Assembly: GCF_032191835.1 (NCBI RefSeq)
Contig: NC_083236.1
Coordinates: 53,196,001-53,260,000, forward strand
Source of the DNA: Heteronotia binoei
Lineage: Eukaryota
Direction: 5' to 3'
DNA: 64,000 bases
The position numbers and the translations under genes are program-made. The first letter of the stretch is position 1. Every line of letters starts with the position of its first letter. Positions 15,001 through 27,000 of this stretch are shown here, piece by piece. A model generated the notes under the pieces. That model worked only from the letters and a program-made list of their open reading frames with translations, had not been told where the DNA came from and did no database searches.

Positions 15001-18000
15001 TGCGCAAATTTCGGCCAAACCCTGTCATCGTGGGAAATTTGGTAGAGATTTCAAAATAACATGTGCTGCGTATGTATAATGAAAAGCTATGTCCAAGCTT
15101 GTAACAAATGGCATTTTCTCACTGGTCTGTGACACTTTGATGGTTCTTCCTCGTCAGGACTGCAACTGCCTCGCAAGTCAAGCGATTCTACTGAACATTT
15201 TGCTCAAAAGGGAAGGCCCGAATTTCATCACCAAGGAAGGTACGTTATTCGAGGCGAGTTTGCGCAGATATCAATGAACATGAATAATGGGCGTGCACAT
15301 TGGAAGTTGTGTTGCTATTTTCCTCTCCATTAACACACTGTCTCTTTTAAATGGGAAATGTGTGTTCGACCACTGTAGGATGGAATGAACCGTTAAATGT
15401 ATTAACTCTTTTTCATTGTCTGCTCGTTATATGTCTCCCGCTTATAATTCTGAGCACGTACTTGAAGGGTAAATAGGTTCTATCTGCTATAGTAAGATGA
15501 AGCTGAAATGCTATTTTTTTTTTGCCTTGGATTGTCCTGAGCTGTGAAACATGCAAGTTGCTTTATGTGTAAATACATTTCTTGAATGTAATGCATACAT
15601 GTAAATATATTACTTGGAATGTTTTTAAAAAAGGACAACCGAAGGGGAGAATCAATCCATGGATATAAAATATTCCTCAAATATATTGATCTTTTAAAAA
15701 AGTGTAACAAGTGCGTATTTCAAGCTATATTTTTCTCCCAAGAATATTTGTCCAAATAAAACAAATAGCGAGCCCTAACACAAGCAGTGCTTTTTATGTT
15801 TATTCAACATATATGCTGCTTAATGAGCTGTAGTTCATTATCACGTTTCTTTAAGGCATACAGAACTACAAAATGTATTGGTAATTGTACATGATAAAAT
15901 GCGTTCCTAATTTTCTTGTAAGTATTGCTTTAAAAAACATTCCCGTGACATTTCTAAAACACAGATGATTTCTACTTCTGCCTCCTTAAGTGTTCAAAAG
16001 TATTTCATTTGAGGAAAGACACCCCCTTCCAATGGTCAGAGAGAGTTGCATTGCACTTAAACTATATATTCTAGCAGGAGCTCCTTTGCATATTAGACCA
16101 CACACCCCCGATTTAGCCAATCCTCCAAGAGCTTACAAAAAAGAGCCTTGAAAGTTCTTGGAGGATTGGCTACATCAGGGGGTGTGGCCTAATTATGCTA
16201 AAGAGCTCTTGCTAGAATTCCACCCCTGCTAGCAGTGAACTCTGTTAAATTGTTTTAAGCTATTTAATTGTTATTATTAACTTGGTTTAATTGTTAAACT
16301 CTAATGCTTATCTGTTGTTTTATTGTTTTAGTTTGATTGTTGCGAGCCGCCCTGAGCCTGTTTTGGCAGGGAGGGTGGGATATAAATCCAATAATTAAAT
16401 AAAGATCTAACAAAAGGAAGTTTTGACTCCTGAAAGCTTGTACCCCCAAAATCTTGTTATTTTCTAAGGCGCTACTAGACTCAAATCTTGCTCTCCTACT
16501 GCAGATCAACACTGCTACTCTGTTAACTCTGGGTATAAGCTAAGATGTGCAGGAGCCCAGCTTGTTTCTGGACTCACTTACCCACTTTGCTTCTCTGCCC
16601 CCAAACTACCTCCTTGAAAAGATTGCAGCAAAGGAATCCTGGTTAGAAACTGATTCCTCACCAGCGGTTGCTCTGGCCCCAGGCTTCTGCTTTCCTCGGA
16701 TCAAGTGATCAGTTCCCTACCAGTGGGTGCACAGGTGAATTTTGATCTGCGGCTCTCTCCAATTTCCCTTGCAGCTTCCTGCTCTGTTTTTTTTGAGATT
16801 CGGAAGCTGCAAGGGAAATTGCAGGGAGCCACAAATCAAAATGCAGCTGCGCAGCTACTAGTGGGGAATCGATCGCTTGATTCAAGGAATTAAGAAGCCC
16901 AGAGGTAGAGTGACTGCTATTGAGGTATTGGTCTTTGTCTGGCTAGCTGTGGTGCATGAATGTAGGTGCACAAATTAACCCGAGTTTCCGTTTCCTCCAC
17001 TAACTGGGATTCTAACCCAGAGTGGGTAATTAAGGCTTAACATTCCAGTTAGTGGAGAGGGTTGGCTGATTGTTGCCTACATTTGCACATCTTAGGTACC
17101 CAGGGCTACTTTCTAACCAGAATTGCTTCATTGTGTTCTGTTCCAGAAAGGAGGATCAAGGTATATGCCACTAGCCCAGCAACAAGTTACATCTGTGAAC
17201 TGCTGTTCAACCTGCTGTCCAAACACAATCTTGGTGCTTGGGGGGGCACAGTGGGAGGGCTTCTAGTGTCCTGGCCCCACTGATGGACCTCCTGATGGCA
17301 CCTGGGTTTTTTTTGCCACTGTGTGACAGAGTGTTGGGCTGGATGGGCCATTGGCCTGATCCCACATGGCTTCTCTTACATTCTTATATAGCACTGCCCT
17401 TGCTCTCTGGCTTCAAAACAAGCCAACAAAACAGGTCAAACTCATTTGGCAAAATAAAACTTCCTTTCTTTCTTTGTTTCTGCATGTTCTCTGGTAATTA
17501 GGCACCGTCTCTGATCACATTGAAAGGATCTATCGAAAAGCTGGCAGCAAAAAGCTCTGGTTTGTATATGGTATCTTCCAGTTTCCTATTTGTGTCATTG
17601 TGTAGTGAAGTTACTGCATATTTCTGAGTCTCATTTTGTGCGCTATAATTCACTATATTTATATGAAATCTATGGGAAATTATTAGTTTGGGGGTTCTGT
17701 TGGACAAATCTTAATAACCTAGGTTTAAATTTGTTCTCTTTTAGCAGAGCGCTGGCTATATTAACAGAGTGCTTGGTACATAGACAAAGTCTGAGGTTCC
17801 AGTTTGAAAGCCCTGCCACCTTATCCAAAGCTCATTCCCCCAATCTGTGACATGTGGGGGTTCTCTGTAGTTTATTCACTCTCTTATCAGAAGCCCACTC
17901 TCCAAAATCTGTGACATGTACGGGTTCTCCTTAGTTAATTTTGCAGTGGAAGAAGTGCCCTCTGCACTTGCACAGGGGCACTGCCATTTGAAAACATAAG

Positions 18001-21000
18001 AAATGCCCTGCTGGACCGATGCACTGGGCAGTCATATGCAGCATCCTGGTTCCCACAGTGAACAACCAGATGCTTCCATAAGCAAGGCCAGAAGACAATA
18101 GCAACCCCCTCCCCCAGCTGCCAATATCTAAAGATGAAAGTTCCATTTAGCTATTGTAGCTAGCAGCTGTCGGCAGATCCTTTCGTTCATGAATCGTCTG
18201 GTTCCTTTTCAAGTCATCGAAGCTAGGGGCAGCGAAGTCTGTAAATTAATAATGCCTCGTGCAAAGAAGCCGTTTTCATTGGTCACTTAATCTGCAGCCA
18301 GTCACCCAGTTCTGACATTCAGAAAGAGAGAAAAGATGCTCTTTATCCCAGATCTCCATGCCATTCATCATTTTATAACTCTCCCCCCTTTTATCTGTCC
18401 TTCATGTGACTTGGTATTGAGTGCCAGCATTGAAAGTAGATGGCAGAACTGGCTCAGATTAAGCCCCGAGAGCATCCGTGTAGGATACGGCATTATGAGA
18501 CTGAGTGCCAGTTGAGAGAAAGAGAGAGCAAATAACTATCGGAGAGTGACACAGCAATAATAGGATATTAATGCTGTTTGAGGTGGTATTAGGCAGACGT
18601 CACAATTAAAAGAAAAATCCCCATGATTTCTGGAGAGCACAGACATTGTGAATTTGATGAGATCTATTCTTTTTTTCCTGGAAACTTTCCTCCCATTAAA
18701 TCTTATTCTGCTAAGCTTTTAAAAGTGGTAATCTTCCCTTCCCGCCTATGTTTTGCCGCATGTCTTCTGTATCATTGCCTTGCCCTTGTATCTTTAGAAG
18801 CTTACCCAGAGGTGGTAAAATAGAGAACCCTGTACATGTGTGTTCCTAGTCCAGGCATCATATTCTGTGACGCAACTCCTTCTCTCACCCGCAGCTATTC
18901 AAGAAAAGGACTCTGGCAGTCTTCTGTAGGATAGAATGCAGTAAATATGCCATCAGGAATCCAGCCGGTGGGCCTGACCTGGACAACCCAGGCTAGTCCA
19001 ATCTTGTAAGATCTCGGAAGCTAAGCAGGGTTGGCCCTGGCTAGTATTTGGATGGAAGTCTTCCAAGGGAGCCCAGGGTAGTGATGCAGAGGCAGGCAAT
19101 GACAAGCCATCTCTGAACATCCCTTGCCTTGAAAACCCTACAGGGTCGCTGTAAGTCAGCTGTGACTTGATGGCAAACCCCCCCCCCCCCCAAACACTGA
19201 GGCTCTGCTTAACTGTCATGATCTAGCCACAAGTTTATCCAAAAAAGTAAAAACAGGTTGCTTACCTGTAACTGATGATCTTCGAGTGGTCATCTGTGCA
19301 TTCACACCCATGGGAGAGAGCGCGCCTGTGCTGATCCGATCGGTACTTAACAAGCCAAAGGATTTTCGCGCTCAGCTCCAGTGGGCATGCGCAAGAACCC
19401 CACCACGCATGCTCACAGAGTGGGCGCGGACATCCCATCAGTTCCTTCTGACCGCTGTATGATCCTAAAGAGTGCTGAAGGACCGACAGCAGTGGGGAAG
19501 GAGGGTGGGTGGTGTGAATGCACAGATGACCACTCGAAGATCATCAGTTACAGGTAAGCAACCTGTTTATCTTCTTCGTGGTCTCTGTGCATCACACCCA
19601 TGGGAGATTAGCAAGCTAGGCCTATGTCTGGAGGAGGGTGCTGGAGGTCATTCAGACACAGCAGACAGCAGAAGCACATTGCACACTAGGAAAAACACAA
19701 GTGTAGATAGACAGTAGAGGCATAGCAGCTTGCTGACCGGCCTAGATCGTAGCTCTGTAGATCTGCTGTATAGACTTCTGTGGTAGTTGGCATGGTCGGG
19801 AGGTTATAAGTGACTTGATACAGCCTGTCCTTGCCTCCCGTTCCCGGTATTCCAAGGAGGTCTCCCATCTAAGCACTTGACAGGGTTGGCCCTGCTTAGC
19901 TTCTGAGATCCGATGAAATCAGGTTCGCCTGGGCTATCCAGGTCAGGGCTGGTAAGCTCTTGACACGGGATCATTCATGTGCATCTTCCAGAATCAGACA
20001 CTGGTTTGTAATGATCCAAAAGGAAGGACAGGGAGTTGGAGAGATGTCCCGAAAAGCAGAAAGAGCTCCCATTATGCACCAATCCCATGGTTCGGGCAGT
20101 AGGGAGAAGTGGAGCAACAGGGGGTCTCTGAAGAGTCAGAGAGATCTGAGGCACCAGAACTCCAGAAATGTAGGACATGCATGAGGAGGCTGGTAAGCAC
20201 CCGGACCGAGGTGGTTGAAGCCATAAGGCCCAGCGAGGATAGACATGGAAAACTGTGTGTTCTTACCATGTTCGGAGCACATGTTCAAAAGAGAAAGTTC
20301 TGCACTCCCCATATGATGTGTGTACGTGTGTGGACCCCACAGGCTAGCATTCATAGTTGTCCCTGTGGACTGGGCTATGTNNNNNNNNNNNNNNNNNNNN
20401 NNNNNNNNNNNNNNNNNNNNNNNNNNNNNNNNNNNNNNNNNNNNNNNNNNNNNNNNNNNNNNNNNNNNNNNNNNNNNNNNNNNNNNNNNNNNNNNNNNNN
20501 NNNNNNNNNNNNNNNNNNNNNNNNNNNNNNNNNNNNNNNNNNNNNNNNNNNNNNNNNNNNNNNNNNNNNNACAGTTACAGGAGTGTGGTTAAACCTAGGA
20601 AGCAGAGCAGGCTGAGAGTTATAGTTTGAGAGGGAGGCATGATGAATTCAAATGCCCAATGGAAGTGAAGTGGTCCAACTGAAATGTAGTGGGAATACAC
20701 ACTCAGTAAATTAGGGGTGCCAATCCCTACTTCACGTTAGTTGGCAGGAGCATATCATGCAGGGCAGTCCTGCTAAAATTACTAGAGGGACTAGTACTAC
20801 TGTCAATTGGAGAGCCAGTTTGGTGTAGTGGTTAAGTGCACAGACTCTTATCTGGGGGAACCAGGTTTGATTCCCCACTCCTCCACTTGCACCTGCTAAC
20901 ATGGCCCCGGGTCAGCCATAGCTTTGGCAGAGGTCGTCCTTGAAAGGGCCAGCTGCTGTGACCCTTTCAAGCCCCACCCACCTCACAGGGTGTCTGTTGT

Positions 21001-24000
21001 GGGGGAGGAAGATAAAAGGAGATTGTGAGCTGCTCTGAGACTCATCGGAGTGGAGGGCTATAAATCCAATATCATCTTCTTCATCTAGTGCTCTGTGGAT
21101 CCTGATGAGGCAGAGGCCTCCCAGTCCTGTTCTTGATACCATGAAGTGGCTATTTCAAAGGGAAGTAAATAAAAGTACCACCCGGAGCGAGGAGATCAAC
21201 TGATCAGCGCGGCGGTCAGAAAAGAACTGATGGGATGTCCGCGCCCACTCTGTGAGCATGCGTGGTGGGGTTCTTGCGCATGCCCACTGGAGCTGAGCGC
21301 GAAAATCCTTTGGCTTGTTAAGTACCGATCGGATCAGCACAGGCGCGCTCTCTCCCATGGGTGTGATGCACAGAGACCACGAAGAAGATTCTCTGTCTAG
21401 TGGAAGGGTTCCCGTTTGCCCATTCATGGCAAGAGTCCTCTAGGAAATTGCAACATTTCATCATTTGGTGGGCAGAAACTGGGTCTGGGAGGGCATGATA
21501 ATTCTGGGGAAGAAAATTAAGAAGAAAAATAAGGCCTTGGCTGCTTACAGGAAGTGCTGGCCATAGAGTTCCTGGCATTTCCCGGAGCTACACGGGAATG
21601 ACAAGGGTAGTTCTGTTACTTGCCAGGAACTCTGTGGCCAGAACTTCCTGGAAGTACCCATGGCTTTACTTTTCTTCTTTATTTCTGCCCCCCGCGATGC
21701 TCCCCCCCCCCCCGATGCTGCCCCCCTCTACAACCCTTTTGCCGGTGCAAGGCAGTGCCTGGCAATCCTGGCTAGTGGCCATCATCAGCTCTCATGCCAG
21801 TGTGAATTCCATATTAACTATGAGATGTGTGAAGACATTCTTTCAAGTGCAATTAATTCTGCCCAAACCACTTAGTTTTTTCTTTTTATTTCAGTTTCTC
21901 AAACTCCAGCTGAGATTCTTTTCTCTACCCTGCACTCCCGAATTACATTTGCAGTATAAGGAAGGATTATAGTTCTGTCCTGTCTTAAAATAAGAATCCA
22001 ACAATGTGCACCCCAAGCACTCCCCCTCTCCCCCCCAGGCACGCCGAACCAGCTCTCAAGCGTAACAGGACTATGTTGTACAGCACAAATATGGAAAATA
22101 AGTCTTCCTTTTCGTTCCCCACTCATCACTGTCATGTGCTATGTCTAGGTTGGTGCTACGCTGCAGTGCGGCATACAATCAGAAATTCTCAGCCTCTTTA
22201 GCCCCCCATATTACCACTTTGGTAGTACATGGAAAGCAGGTAAAGTGCACCCGGAGGCCTGAAACCATGCTGCTTGAGACTTGTCAGCTTCTTTGCATTT
22301 TGATGGTTGTTGCTTGATGTTGTTTTCCCGAAACGCTTTGCTCTGGATTTTTAAGGAGTGCACACCCGTGGGTCACAGACATCAGCATCAATTTGACTGA
22401 TGGATTTTTGCGCTAACGTCATTGGATATTCCCCCACTCATTTATTAACTCTTGATAAAGTAATGTTTTGGCTTCACAGCCTGTCTCAGAAAATGTGAAA
22501 TATCCCATTTTGCTATATTTCTGTGGTTTGACAATTGAGACAAATAAGATGCTGGAAATTCTAGGTTTTTATAGCAACTAGCAAGCGGAAGGCATAGATC
22601 AGATTGTGGTGGTAGTGCCGTGAGGGGGTGGTTTAACTTTTCCCCATGTCTGTATATTTTCCTGAATTTGTTTATTTATTCAAATATTTGTACCCAGTCT
22701 CTGTTCTAACTTGGATATCCCAGATCTCAGAAATCAGCCCTGGTTAGTACTTGGTTGGGAGACCACCAAGAAAGTTTGTACTTTGGAGAGACAGGAAGTG
22801 GCAAACCACCTCTGAACATCTGTTGACTTGAAAATGCTATGGGGTTGGCTGCAACTGGATGGCAAAGTGAAAACAACAAAGCGTCTCTCCCCCCCCCCCC
22901 CCCAGTCTGTGTAGCTCATGTCAGTTTAAAAATCCAAATCTATAACATACAAAATACAGCAAAACCCCAAGTAATCCACCTTCCCACCAAATGCCTGCAG
23001 CCTACACTTCATCCCAGTGAATTTAATTTAATTAATTTGATTTAATTTTAGATTTATATCCTGTCCTGTCTCGCAAGCAGGCTCAGGGCGGCTTACAACA
23101 CTAAAACAACAGAGTTAAAATAATATCATCAAAACAGACATTACAAAACAGGAGCAGCACAGTAAACAATCTTACAGACCTAGGCGGTAAATAGCATGCG
23201 GCTGATGGCTAACAGCACAACATAACACCATAATGGTGAAATGCTGGGGGAAGTGATGACTTTCAAGGTTGAATAACATGGCTTTGCAGGATCTCCCAAA
23301 AACATGTTGAGTATCCTTGTAACCACCCCTGGGAGCCCACTCCATAGGGTGGGAGTTATCATGAGAAGAGCACAGGCTCAGGTGAGTGCCAGGTGGGCTA
23401 ACTTAAGTAGGGGAACAACATGAGGACAGTAGGTGGCACACAAAGATATATGGAAGGAGACAGTCCTTTAGATATGTGGCTCCAAGGCAGGCCGATAGCC
23501 ACTGGGGGGCACGGCCCCTCCACCCAACCCTCCCTTGGACCTTTGTGACCCCTCCTTTTCCCGGACTCCACTCTCTCCACCGCCGCTTTTGTCCCCGTGG
23601 CTCTGGCGGCCCCACCCCCCTCTGTGCGAAACTTCCCCCTCCCTCCCTCCCTCCTACCCACCCACTTACCCATTAACCAGGCGGAAGAGTAAAGAGCAGG
23701 CTCCTGGGGCTCTTGCAAGGCGCCCCCCCCCAGCCAATCACATGATCAGTAGAAAAAGTTTCTCTGAAGCCAGCTTTCCAGAGCAATCAGCAAGTTCAGC
23801 GCTGGGGTGACAAGCGCTAAACTTGCTGATCGCTCTGGAAAGCCAGCTTCAGAGAGGCTTTTTCTGCTGATCATGTGATCGGTGGGGGGGCGCCTTGCAA
23901 GAGCCCCATGAGCCCGCTCTTTACTCTTTTGCCCGGTTGATTGGTGAGTAAGTGGGTGGGTGGGAGGGGGGAGGGAGGGAGAGGTGCTGTGTGGAGGGGG

Positions 24001-27000
24001 GTGGGGCTCCAGAGCCAGGGGGAGAAAAGTGGCAGTGGAGAGAGTGGGGGTCGCCAGATGGGGGGGCCCCTCCATCAAAAAAAATTTCCTGTGGGCCCCC
24101 CCAACTGAAATTTTCTGGCTGCGGGCCTGCTCCTAGGTCATGAAGGGCTTTCAAAGTCATAACTCGCACCTTGAATTGAACTCAGGAATAAACTGGCAGT
24201 CAGCATAGCTGTTTTAAAATAAGCCAGATGTGTTCATGTTGCCCAACCCCTGAGGATGATGTGGCTGCCACATTCTGAACCAATTGTAATTTCCAAGTTG
24301 CCTTCAGGGACATCCAAATGTAGAGTATATTACAGTAACCCAGCCATGAGATTACAAAAGCCTGGATTAGCCTGGTCAGGTTGACTGAGCCTAAGAAAGG
24401 GAATGGTTGGTGAAGCAAATACAGCTGGTAGAAAGCAGTGTTAACCACCACTGCATAGCTTGGAGCATCTATTAGAAGAGAGAGAAAATAGAAAATTTGC
24501 CCCCCCCCCCAGCTGCAGTTCAACAATTCGGGTTGGGGTAGGGCTAAGGTCAGGGTTAGGGTTACGGCTAGGGTTATGGTTAGAATCTTCCAGCATCTCA
24601 TCTGTTTTGATGCTCGGAAAACCGAGACCAAGTTTATTTTTGGCTTTCTTGCATAGGAATAGTCAGATTAATACCCAAAGTGGCAGACTTTTTTTTTTTA
24701 AAACCAAGGAGTTTACATGGTTCTTGTTTCTTCCACCCCTTAGCTATTTACACCGGCGTGCACAGACTGTTCCTCTGGTGTTGGATCATTCATACTTGAC
24801 CAGTAGCTCTGTGTGAGATTTGCTGTAGGGCTGTACCATTCCAGACTTGGTGTGAGACTGAACGTTGGCATGCTTTGTCACTTTTGGAAAGCTCCTTGCA
24901 TACACAAAGCCTGTGTGTAAAAGGAGTAGGTTCTAGCCTGGGATTCTTCATGGCGTGCTAGTTTTGCAGTGAGAGGACTTTTATTTCATTCCAGTATTTT
25001 TCCCTCACCTGTAGTCTGAAGTGGTACAGTCCAGCAACAGATGCATCATGGGTACTCGCTGAGAGTGTGCTTTTGTCTGTTAGTATGTGTGCATCTTGCT
25101 CATTTTAAGATGTGGAGTTTCAGCTGATGATCCGAATGATCATCTGGTCAGTTGTAACTTTCATTATGGGACAGTGTCGTACACTTATCTTGACTCCATG
25201 GTGTCCTGTTTCTACACCCGTTAATGGAGAGGTAGGCTTGCATATGATGAATGTATTCCCAGGAGAATGGGGAGTCCAAAACCACCATTAACACCTGCCA
25301 CCTTTGGCAAAGGGCTAGCTACCATATCTTGGCCAGCGAAGGCCACGTTCTACATAGGATGCGAATGGCATGCGTTGAAATGTTTATGTTTTTTCAAGCT
25401 GGAAGACTGTCAAATGGCAGTAAACATGTTTTGCATGCTCTGTACTTTCTCTCACAACAGAAAGCCATTATTGCCTGTCTCATCTCAAAAACGCATTTTT
25501 AATTTAAGGAATTAAGAAAATTAAGCACTTTGGTTTTCTTTGAAAGATTGGAACAGAGCGATCTGATTGAAGATGACTGGCTGTATCTAAAAAAAATCCA
25601 AAATGCCCTCCTCCCCACCCCCGAGAGCGTGTCTGCTGAATGCAAATTATCAAGACAGTCTGGAAAAAATATATATATTTTTTAATTTTTGCTTTTATAA
25701 TTGTATCGAGCCATCTTGCTGTCATGTCAGAGAAAGGAACAGCAGTGTCCTATAATGTAGTATGCGGTTTAATGAGTTCAAACTGTGTTCCCAACACGGC
25801 CATTAAGAGTGTTCTTGCTTCAGTAGTTTAAATAATTCAAGATTTAGCCTCTCCAAAAAAGGAGAAAGAAAACAACATCTCAAGTTCAAAAATACTGTGC
25901 ATCTTTAAATGTTGAGCATTTGGGAACTGATCAAATATGACAACAAATTTTTCAGTCCTAGTTTCTGAATTCATTAAACTAGTATTTGATATCCAGTAGG
26001 ATTGCTCTGTTTTCTGCCCTCAGGTCTCTTGTGCGCTTCGCAGCAAGCCTTTTATGTAAACTAGTGGACAGCCTTGCCCCATCTATTACTAATGTTTTAG
26101 TTCAGGGCAAACAGGTAAGTTCTTTATTTTTCAGAATCCTTAAATCAGGCAGAATGTGAGCTTTGATGTCCAAAGCGTCTTGCGTAGTATGTTGTAAGAA
26201 GGGTGGGGGGGGGGGGTTGTTTTTGTTTCAAGACATAGCTGAACCAGATCTAGATGATAACAAAAACTTTTACAGCTCTCTAAAACCTCTCCAACTGGGC
26301 CAGCGTGAACCAGGGTCACTTCTCCTACCAGGCGGCCTAAGCTTCTGCTCTGGCAGCATAAGAAAGGGGGCATTCCCAAGTCCCCTGCACCCTCTCCGCT
26401 GTCATCTTACACCTTTCAGACAAGAGTTGAATCACATCCTCTGCATCTTTCCATCTTCCTTCAATACCAGGTGCCACACACCTGTTCGATCTTCCTGAAT
26501 TCTGTCAAGCTTCCCTCTTATTGTGATAGTTTAGGTGCCATTTTGATTACCTTGGTCATCGTATTGTGCAGTGAGACATTTGAACACGTCAAATGAGAGC
26601 CAGTTTGGTGTAGTGGTTAAGTGTGCAGACTCTTATCTGGGAGAACTGGGTTTGATTCCCCGCTCCTCCACTTGCAGCTGCTGGAATGGCCTTGAGTTAG
26701 CCACAGCTATCCCACGAGTTGTCTTTGAAAGGCCATAGCTATCCCACGAGCTGCTGTGAGAGCCCTCTCAGCCCCTCCCCCCCTATTGTGGGGGGAGAAG
26801 ATATAGGAAATTGTAAGCCTCTTTGAGTCTCTGATTCAGACAGAAGGGTGGGGTATAAATCTGCAGTCGCCTTCTTCACTGTGGGACCATTGTATTTCTA
26901 GGGGACTGTGGGACCATGACAGAAAAAATCAGGTCCCTCAGCCCTTAGCATGCCTGATGCTAGACTGAGGGAATGGACCTCTTTGCCAAAACCCCACAGT

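Larger units (their letters stand above)
19251..21389 (-). mobile_element. Non-autonomous miniature DIRS1-type (tyrosine-recombinase) retroelement
   Basis: Perfect 142-bp ITRs (19303-19444, 21224-21365). ICR 19511-19607 is the exact reverse complement of both outer ends (58 + 39 nt). Confidence 0.85.

Noticed and set aside
18998-19070. 5S rRNA gene
   Set aside because: Only the internal part matches; the 5S 5' end and T-run terminator are replaced by SINE leader and tail.
20109-20615. Cys/His-rich + strand ORF resembling a DIRS gag zinc-finger
   Set aside because: It is antisense to the orientation set by the ICR, the Cys/His spacing does not fit, and it runs into the N gap.
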